Shown here one piece after another: positions 54,740 through 64,000 of a stretch of 64,000 nt of DNA (positions are counted from its first letter, which is position 1; each line of letters starts with the position of its first letter). The notes beneath the pieces were generated by a model. It was given only the letters and a program-made list of their open reading frames with translations, was not told where the DNA came from and did no database searches. Made by a program: the position numbers and the translations under genes. The stretch is from the NCBI GenBank assembly GCA_012295275.1, contig CM022677.1, forward strand, positions 2,728,001 to 2,792,000. Direction: 5' to 3'. The DNA is from Chrysomallon squamiferum (Eukaryota > Animalia > Mollusca).

Positions 54740-55525
54740 ATGGGAAAAGTAAGAGCGTCCAAGAAACGGAAAGCACAGGATGATGGGTGCCCTGAGAAGC
54801 CTCCAAAAGGGCGAAAGATTTCCGAACGTGACCCTGGAGAAACATCACGTAGAGGACCAGGGACATCAACATCTAGGAAACGGAAAGGACAGGATGATGG
54901 GTGCCCGAAGAAGCCTCCAAAAGGGCGAAAGATTTCCGAACGAGACCCTGGAGAAACATCACGTAGAGGACCAGGGACATCAACATCACGGAAACGGAAA
55001 GCACAGGATGATGGGTGCCCGGAGAAGCCTCCAAAAGGGCGAAAGATTTCCGAACGTGACCCTGTAAAAGCAGCATGTGAAGAAAGACCAGGGATGTCAA
55101 CATCACCATCACCCAGCACTGCTGAATCAACACAACAGCCTGAATCAGATAAGTCACCTACTTGTTCTTTGTGTTCAGAAGAATTTTTAGATAAGTGTCA
55201 TGCAGACTCGTGTTTACATGAATTTTGTTTCAGCTGTTTGGAGAGGTGGTCTAGAAGCAGAAGAAATTGTCCAGTTTGCTCTGCAAGATTCACCGCCATC
55301 GTTTACAACTTAAGTGATGGAAACTGCGAGATGTACACATTGCCACCTCTCAGAGTCAAAAGAGTCAGAAGACATTCTCCAGCTGGACCAATCAGACGTA
55401 TATTTACGTATATCGGTCGTATATTTACATTTATTCGTCGTATAGTTACTTCTCTGTTGTGGAAAATCTTATTTGTGCTAATCGAATTTTGTCTTCTGAC
55501 AGGTCGTTTACTAGGATATGCTTAA
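54740..55525 (+). CDS. Topors-like RING-HC (C3HC4) E3 ubiquitin ligase-like protein with 38-aa basic N-terminal repeats and a hydrophobic C-terminus, 261 aa, single coding exon
   Basis: CSLC...CLHEFCFSCLERWSRSRRNCPVC, followed by SARFTAIVYNL, resembles the Topors/ICP0-type RING. About 2.7 copies of a 114-bp repeat (RKRKAQDDGCPEKPPKGRKISERDPGETSRRGPGTSTS). An acceptor-like ctgcag lies 13 nt before the ATG. Confidence 0.75.
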   Translation: MGKVRASKKRKAQDDGCPEKPPKGRKISERDPGETSRRGPGTSTSRKRKGQDDGCPKKPPKGRKISERDPGETSRRGPGTSTSRKRKAQDDGCPEKPPKGRKISERDPVKAACEERPGMSTSPSPSTAESTQQPESDKSPTCSLCSEEFLDKCHADSCLHEFCFSCLERWSRSRRNCPVCSARFTAIVYNLSDGNCEMYTLPPLRVKRVRRHSPAGPIRRIFTYIGRIFTFIRRIVTSLLWKILFVLIEFCLLTGRLLGYA

Positions 55526-56189
55526 TATTAGAAACCTTACAACGTTACTCTAGGTGTATTGCTTTAACTTCAGCTGGCATCCTTCTGTCATTTTTTAATT
55601 TTATGATGAAGATAGTAACAGTAATAGATACAGACATTTATTTGTAAAATATTTATTTGAAGTTGGTATTATCTGCAGTGATAATAACATTCTGTCCCTT
55701 TTGCCCCAGCATATCAGTGCTATAGGATATTGTGTTGATGATGTTGACGTGAAGCTGGTTATGCTCCTCGCAGCTCCATAACCCTTGAGAGGTGGGCTCA
55801 GGTTTGTATTGTTTTTTAATTAATAAGTACTAACATGCGACCAAAATACTAACTATTAACCAGGTAGTACAATTTATATAGAGACACACACATACATCCA
55901 TACAGACACATACGAATATCCACACAGACAGAACACACACAGAACTACACTAACATATTTACAAACATATATACACTCACACACAAACATACTAACATTT
56001 AACAAATACTAACCTTAACCAATTAGTTACAATTACTAATAATTACCACATACTTATCTGAATACGTGTATAACCACAAACACACACACACATCAACATA
56101 CACACACACACACACACATCAACACACATCAACACACACACACATTCACATACACACATATTATTTTACAATTAAAACAAATTATAACC

Positions 56190-56462
56190 ATTAACAAAAT
56201 ACTAACATTTAACAAATAATACCATTAACCAAATAGTAACCATTAACCAAATACTAATGTTTAACAAATACTAACCATTAAGAAAGTATTAACAATTAAC
56301 CAAATATTAACATTTAACAAATACTAACCATTAACAAAATACTAACCATTAACGAAATACTAACAGTTAACCAAATACTAATATTAAACAAATACTAACT
56401 ATTGACAAAATACTAACCATTAACCAAATAGTAACATTTAACAAATACTAACCATTACTAAC
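56190..56462. repeat. ~18-bp minisatellite aaatactaaccattaac
   Basis: Tandem degenerate copies of aaatactaac(c)att(t)aac. Confidence 0.8.
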
Positions 56463-56722
56463 ATCCCCTACGTGTACTGAACCTCACCGTGGTGTAGGGG
56501 GTGGCAACATTTCCAAAGGGAATGGCTAATTAGTACATTAATATAATAACATTATTTTGGTTGGATAGATAGACAGATAGATAGATTATGATAGATAAAT
56601 AGAAATACCTACATACAGATATAGTTACTGAAGACAGATATAGTTACTGAAGATAGATGAACAGATGGATACATAGGGTATTGCTACTTTTCCTAATTTT
56701 GAATACAGTGCGATTACTTTGG

Positions 56723-58281
56723 GTCATTTTCGCGTCTAAAATGACAGGTGTACAGGGTTTAAGTTGTTTGTGGATGGTGATTTTAAAAATGCATTCAAAA
56801 TAAATTAAAATCTATTATCAAAACACACACACACACATTTAAGGTTTATATGTGATGTGATTTCATATCATGAAATTTATTATTTTATTTATTTATTTTT
56901 ATGTTTTTGCGGTTTTACTGTGTCATAGCTTTTAAAACTTATATTTATATTTCAAGTATTGTTATTATCAGTGTTACTTTTTCTTTATCTATATTATTGT
57001 TCTTGTTGCTTTTTGTCGTTGGAGGAGTTGTTAGGTACTGAAAAGTGATTTTCAGTTTAGGAAATACAAGGTTGACTAAAGTAATAGCTAACTTTTTATC
57101 CTGACTTCAGAAACAAAATATTTGAAATTGTCAGTCAAATTGTTCCAAAGTTTTGGATTTTTTAATATTACCATTTTGAAGAAAACGTTTTATAGGTTCG
57201 TTTCATAATATGTCAACTGTGTCTTCCGAACTCTGCTAATATTTATTTACATATAAAATAGGCAAAATCATTCAGTTGATATTAATATATATATATATGT
57301 ATGTATGTGTCTTTGAAAATTCATAACTTCATTATATTTATAATAGAATTATTTTATTATTATTTATAACCGATACACACTTGCACAAACATAATCAAAG
57401 ATACTTCTGATATTGTGATTATTTTTGTAACATTCCTGAAATAAACATAACGATAAAGATACAAGCATCAGTAGAAATAAGTTGAAACAGTTGGTCAGAC
57501 CCAAAAATAGAGCGCTTTGGAATACCTACAGAAAGACAGACTGACAGGGAGAGATTATTTAGATCGATATATAAACAGATTTGCAGTTGATAACCGTGTG
57601 TATGTTTGTAAGGGAATATTGGTACGTTGGTATTTAGAGTGGATATGTAGATAAATATAAAATTAAAATAATAAGACAGGTAGGCAGGCAAATGTGACTG
57701 ATCCGACAAATCTGATAAGCAGTGGTTATAGTCATGTTGAGAGCACGCACGCGCACACACACACAGATATTAGACTAAGTGGTCATACAATCAGATACAT
57801 AGAGAAATGCAAAAATCTATTTTAATAATCAGCTTATTTTGTAATTTGTCTTTTTCCTCTCTTTCCTTACTTTATTTTATTGTATTTGTTTGTCAGTTTA
57901 TTTTGTTTCATTTAATCATATATTTATTTTTTAAATAATATTATTATAGTTTTTCAATTTTTTTTTTTTTTATTTCATGATGGAATTTCCTAATTGCGCT
58001 TTAAAATAAGGTCTTCAGAATTATTTGATTTCTTCTTCATCAGTAAAGAAAATCTTTACCAAAATGGTCTCGCCCAGTAAATATGTTTGTATTGTCCGGC
58101 AGTACTCGGCAAATTTCGCGAGTGTCCGTTATTTAGCATACTTTTCAGTTAGTTTGTATATAAACTTCCGGAAACAAACTCACCACAGCTATTGACATAT
58201 AACAGATTAAAATAATGCTAACACTACTGCTGCTGCTGCTACTACTACTACTACTACTAATAATAATAATAATAATAATAA

Positions 58282-58312
<31 letters not shown>

Positions 58313-59031
58313 AAGAAGAATGAATAAATAATAAATATAAAATTAAAAGAATAAGAAAGTTTTATACGATTTTATTCGAATTCAGTTCGGAATTGCTCTT
58401 CTTTTAGCACAATAATTATTTATAACGATAATATTTTATTAATACTAATTAAATATACAGTTAACTACTATTACTGATTATAATCAATTACAAAAATTAA
58501 ATTGCTAACAGTAAATGTATTTTAAAAAAAAAAAAAATTAAAAAAAAATGTGACCTACTGATATTGGCATTCAAATGTCAACTGACGTAAAACCGTTAAA
58601 TGTTTTTATTTATACCCGAAATTAAATCCGCTGACGTAGATCTAAATAGACTGCGCATGTGCATGGGAGATATTATTACACTAGTAATTTTTATTTTTCA
58701 AAATACATAATTATAGTTTATTAATTTATTAATTTAACTAACATTTTAAAAATAGTTATTTACATCCATCAGAATATATTTTTTATTTAAACATATGGAT
58801 AAACGTTTCTGTCTGTCTGTCTAGTTGTTTTTCAGCAAATGTAGATTCAAATACATTATCTGTTTTGGTTCATTGAGAAAAAGAGGAAAAGAAAAGAAAA
58901 GAAAAAAATATGACAACAAAATGAATACCATTTAAATAAAAAATGAAAATAATGTAAAAGAATTAAAAAAAAAGGTTTCACTATTCGTTGTAAAAATTAA
59001 AATAAAATTAAAATGAAAGAAAATATATTTA

Positions 59032-59077
<46 letters not shown>

Positions 59078-60300
59078 GGTGGTCATTTTAAATCCATTTA
59101 TAAGATAAGCAAACCCGTAACATATTTTCAAACTGGTATGTATTACTTTACTGTAAACAAAAAGAAAAAAATGTTTAGTAAACTTCAGTTGTTTATGAAA
59201 CTGAAAATTATTTACATAAACATGATTAGAATCTTACACCATGACCCAAGTTCCTAAAAGTAGGATTTCTTCCTGTGATGTCTGTTTTGGAGATAAATAA
59301 TAATATTATTAATAAGAGAACATTTATTGTTATACGTTATTCTTTCTTTTATCGTTCATCGTTCAAGAGTAAAACGGTCTGGTGCGAGTTGAAGAAAAGT
59401 CTCGATTACGACATAAATAAATGACAACCCTTTATAAACATTTTCTGAGGCGTAGACAATATAAAAATATACTAATTTTGTCATTCAGCTGTATCATAAT
59501 AATAATTTTACATGCGATTGCGTTCGCAGCCGGAAAATGACGAATGATACCGAACAAATCTTTATAACTACCGAAGCATGCTGGACCATGCTGACATAAA
59601 TCCACTTATAAGATAATAAACAAAACTGGAGCACATTTTAGAACTGCGATGTAGCAAGATTCTGGTGTACACTCTGTATTTCTCAATACTCGGGTTTTCT
59701 GTATGAGTAAATATCATCGTTGTTATCACTTACTGTTACCCATATCAACTGTAGTAAAATTTCACGTGTAAATCGCACCATTGTTTTCGCTGAATTTTTT
59801 TTTTTTTTTTTAAAAACAATAAAATGCAGTGTTATTAAGTTAAAAAGGACATGAACACGTTAAAAAGCACATTAATTTATTTCTCAATTTTAAAGAAAAA
59901 TAAATGCAGTGTTATTAAGTTAAAAAAGGACATGAACACGTTAAAAAAGCACATTAATTTATTTCTCAATTTTTAAAGAAAAATAAATGCAGTGTTATTA
60001 AGTTAAAAAAGGACATGAACACGTTAAAAAAGCACATTAATTTATCTCTATTTTTAAAGAAAAATAATACCCCCTCCTCTAGCTCTGACTTCTTTACAGT
60101 TTGCTGGTTTTGTTACGCATAATTATCATATATATCCTGGCTAAGTGCTCTTGAGGAAACTTATTAACTTATCAACTATTAGTCAATGGCATATGCTACG
60201 CAATCTAAACTACAGGTAGATCTGAAGAAATGTTTACCAATAGTTATAGCATCCTCTGAACTTAATATTAACGTGAATGCTGACATCCTAATAAACATGT
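56723..60300 (-). repeat. Right arm of a large inverted repeat (pairs with 50616-54490)
   Basis: Reverse complement of the left arm, including the internal triple ~67-bp repeat and the microsatellites. Confidence 0.92.
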
Positions 60301-60786
60301 TATTATTACTATTTTCATTCAGTCTTCACGTGAAAAAAAAAGGTATATATTCTTGGATCAGTTTGGAATCATGTACATCAGGTATCTCTCTTCAGTTAGG
60401 AATCTTGTGTCATCAACAGGTAGTCTCGCATAATCATCAACATCAAATCTTCTGTAGGCCTGGTCAGGTGAGGGTATTGGTTGTCTTTCACCTATTTCTA
60501 AATACCAGTTTAATCCTAACCGCCTTATAGTCCCGCTTGTGACACCAAAAGTAACGGAGGGTGGAAGCAAGCGGTTCTCTTAGCTAACTGTCTAAGGAAT
60601 AAACAAACAAGATGGGGTTTCCAATTAAAGTGCTTTAATGCTAGGTAATTCCTGATATAGCAATGTTAACATTTACAACATAGTAACAATGGCGTCTCCA
60701 AGGAGGACAAACTGGCCAGGTTCATTAAAAACAAATCATAAAAAAGATTTTACAGTTACAAACTAAAAACACCAAACCAATACAAA

Positions 60787-60819
<33 letters not shown>

Positions 60820-61290
60820 AATACAAATCACACACATACCGGTGTCGCCACCTTCACTGGCAATAGTTTAAGTCCTGCAATGTCTAAGGCCAAAGTGCAA
60901 CCTTTTGCTCTGAGAACGTCCCCAAAAAAAATTCATGCAGCAATTGCCATATACGGTCATGTCACATGAAAGTTCCCAATATGAGGCAGAGATCTTAATC
61001 TATCTTGCTAGCACTTACTCCCCACTAATTACTTTAACACATTACATAATCTAACCTTTACAGAATAGGAAGCAATCGCTATTATTTCTCCATTCTACAC
61101 ACTTCCTTACTTAAAATGTTGCCATCCTCGGCAACATAAAACATTTAATAATAATTTTAATTGATACAATAAAATCTCTCATAATTTATCTCTATGACAT
61201 TAAGAACAACGCCATTATGACGCCACCCACGAAAACATTAACATTAAAATAGGATTATCAGGTGGAAAGGTGCCAGGTTAAAGTAATATT
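60060..61290 (-). mobile_element. Degenerate Gypsy-type LTR retrotransposon fragment: internal 3' end/PPT, LTR (~60550-61099), tRNA-Leu PBS (60530-60547), decayed gag-like start
   Basis: The minus strand reads ...ccgttact ttTGGTGTCACAAGCGGGAC, close to the tRNA-Leu PBS TGGTGTCAGAAGTGGGAT. ATTAAA occurs upstream in the LTR. A purine-rich taagtaaggaagtg precedes TGTAG at 61099. Confidence 0.55.
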
Positions 61291-61599
61291 CCACATAGAA
61301 TTTTATAATTAATAGTAATAGTTATATTTTTGATTTTATTATGAGAAGTCTGAAATACTGAAAAATATTTAATAATGTATCAATTGTAACTGGTTTATTA
61401 CAGGAAATATGAGAAATGGCAACATTAAGCAGATATTCTGTTTGCTTTACAATTAATATTATTCATAGTTATAAATGGAGCAATGGATATTTACCTTTTT
61501 AGGAACGTCTCAGAATATGTTGAAAAGATAGAGAGACTTCCATTAATGTCCTTGATATATATATTCACAGTGTGTATGTGTGTGTGTTTATGTGTGTAA

Positions 61600-61734
<135 letters not shown>

Positions 61735-61813
61735 AAGAGAGAGCAGGTACATACGTAGAAGCATTTTATAGATAGATTGAAAGTCAGACAGACAGCCAGA
61801 TAGATTGATACAT

Positions 61814-61845
<32 letters not shown>

Positions 61846-62533
61846 GATATTTACAACATAACTGGACTTTTGAAACCATTCCAAATTGGTCACATTTAAA
61901 AATGTATTTAAAAATGACAGTAAATTTTGGAATAAATGATGAAATATTTATATTTGATATACTGAATTGTCAAAAGAAATTACCTTGAAAGACTGAGTAT
62001 ATTGAAATGTCTTGTGTATTCTTAGCTTTTAAGAATTATTTTACTATAAATAAGTCATTGATAATCCAAACAAAAACTTTCTGTCCACTGGTCTATCCAC
62101 TATGTCCATCCACCATAATGCTTTCTCTAAAATGTCCCTGTTTGTATATCTTCCTGTGTGTGTGTCTGCTGTCTGTCTTTTAATAGACAGATACACACAC
62201 AAACACATCTATCTACCTACGTATGGATGAATAAATATTATCTCTGTCTCTTTACCTCTCCATCTCTCAATCAGTCAGTCAAGCAATGTGGGACTGACTG
62301 TCTGTCTGTCATTCTTTCTATATACCACTCTATCTATCTGTCAAATAACATATCACTCATAATTTATCCAAAACTATAGTTGAAATTTTTGGGGAGAATG
62401 CAAGATTTTCACTTGTATTAATTTGCACACAACAGTTTTTATTCATCTATTTCTCTATCAGTCTATCTCTAATGTTCTAAATCTGTCTTTCTAGGTTTCA
62501 ATCTACAAATCAATTTACTGCCAGCCAGTGTGT

Positions 62534-63195
62534 CTCTTTATCTATCTATAAAACACATACACAAACATAATTCTCTCTAATTAACACTCATTACAATCTC
62601 TTTATCTATCTATAAAACACATACACAAACATAATTCTCTCTAATTAACATACTCATTACAATCTCTTTATCTATCTATAAAACACATACACAAACATAA
62701 TTCACTCTAATTAACATACTCATTACAATCTCTTTATCTATCTATAAAACACATACACAAACATAATTCTCTCTAATTAACATACTCATTACAATCTCTT
62801 TATCTATCTATAAAACACATACACAAACATAATTCTCTCTAATTAACACTCATTACAATCTCTTTATCTATCTATAAAACACATACACAAAACATAATTC
62901 AATATAATTAACATATCTATAAATCATTTTCTCTAATTAACATCTCTTTATCTATCTTTATCTATCTATAAAACACACACACACAACATAATTCTCTAAT
63001 AAATACTCATTACAATCTCTTTATCTATCTATAAAACACATACACAAACATAATTCTAATTAACATACTCATTACAATCTCTTTATCTACCTATAAAACA
63101 CATACACAAACATAATTAAATCTAATTCAATATCATTACCATCTCTTTATCTATCTATAAAACACATACACAAACATAATTCAGTCTAATTCAAA
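62534..63195. repeat. 64-66-bp minisatellite, about 10 copies
   Basis: Unit ctctttatctatctataaaacacatacacaaacataattctctctaattaacatactcattacaat; starts at 62598, 62664 and 62730. Confidence 0.92.
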
Positions 63196-64000
63196 TACTC
63201 CCATCCTATCTCACTAACACATTAACATACTAACACTTTCTTCCTTATACACATATCAGCATAGCTCTACATATCTCTGTATCTATCTGTATGTCTGTTA
63301 CCTAGATATCTTCCTCTCTGTCAGTCTCTCTCACTAATTGTATATCCCTCTCATTATACATATCTCTCTGTCTATCAAACTTCCAGTCTATCTTTTCATC
63401 TATCTCTCTCTCAAAAATACATACACACTCTTGCACACACATGCATATATACCCATTTTCTCTCAACAATAAAAAATACATATTCACAAGTTACTTATGC
63501 ATACACACATACATATCATATGTAACACACTTAGCTAGATGAATGGAGGGAGACAGGCAAATACAGAAGGATGAAATTGTCTTTGTCCTCCCAGTATTGG
63601 TGAATTTACTTTGACAATATTTTTGTTTTTGAAGAACTTCATTCACTTGGTGTGAACACTGTCAGTGTGTATTGAAACAGTCACATTTTGATGGATTGTT
63701 CTCATTTACAATCATTTAAACATCTGCTTTTTCAAAATATGGTCTTATCTTGATTCTTTTATCACTTTATTTTATGTATATAATGAACTGCTTCTAAGTA
63801 GTTCTCATAGATTTCACAGAACTCAGTGAAAATTTACATGAAGCATTTAATAAAGATCAGTAACTCACTATACATCTTATTGAAACTTAGAATATTTATT
63901 TGTCAAAATAAATGTGTATTTTTAAATCTTTTTCTATTAACGGTTTACACTTTGTAAAATGTAAATATTTGTCATTTTATTTTAAAGAGTAATTAGTGAT

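Noticed and set aside
54576-55157. Alternative-frame and antisense ORFs over the RING gene
   Set aside because: By-products of the 114-bp in-frame repeat; no motifs.
53439-57760. Similar ORFs 53439-53786 (+) and 57419-57760 (-) suggesting a conserved gene pair
   Set aside because: The similarity follows from the inverted duplication; they start in (TG)n tracts, differ by frameshifts and show no domain.
60186-60570. ORFs 60186-60530 (+) and 60358-60570 (-) as genes
   Set aside because: They lie in decayed LTR-element sequence around the PBS; other copies of the segment are disrupted.

Overview
AT-rich, microsatellite-dense animal genomic DNA with spliceosomal genes. A lophotrochozoan (probably mollusc) origin is a guess from composition and gene content. 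A 200-N scaffold gap at 30933-31132 splits the window. Left of the gap there are four genes, reconstructed by eye. (1) A minus-strand 9+-exon type I membrane protein: signal peptide, a C-type lectin domain interrupted by a WSC domain, a second degenerate CTLD, a Thr/Ser stalk and the start of a TM segment. (2) A plus-strand 185-aa 'mini-tau' made almost only of 30-aa microtubule-binding repeats, most on their own 90-nt exon. (3) The 3' part of a minus-strand tau/MAP2-family gene with four 90-nt repeat exons and the conserved IESQKLSFKETAKAKTDHG terminal exon. (4) A 385-aa intronless ORF with 7-8 tau repeats nested on the same strand inside the last intron of gene 3. Three differently built tau-repeat genes within about 23 kb are the main highlight. 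Right of the gap the DNA is repeat-rich and rearranged: weak orphan exons, hAT/Buster relics, a Tc1/mariner MITE with its empty site nearby, minisatellites, Gypsy LTR fragments, and a ~9.7-kb palindrome whose spacer carries an intronless Topors-like RING-HC ORF. All gene models come from manual splice-site and phase reading, with no expression or database evidence.
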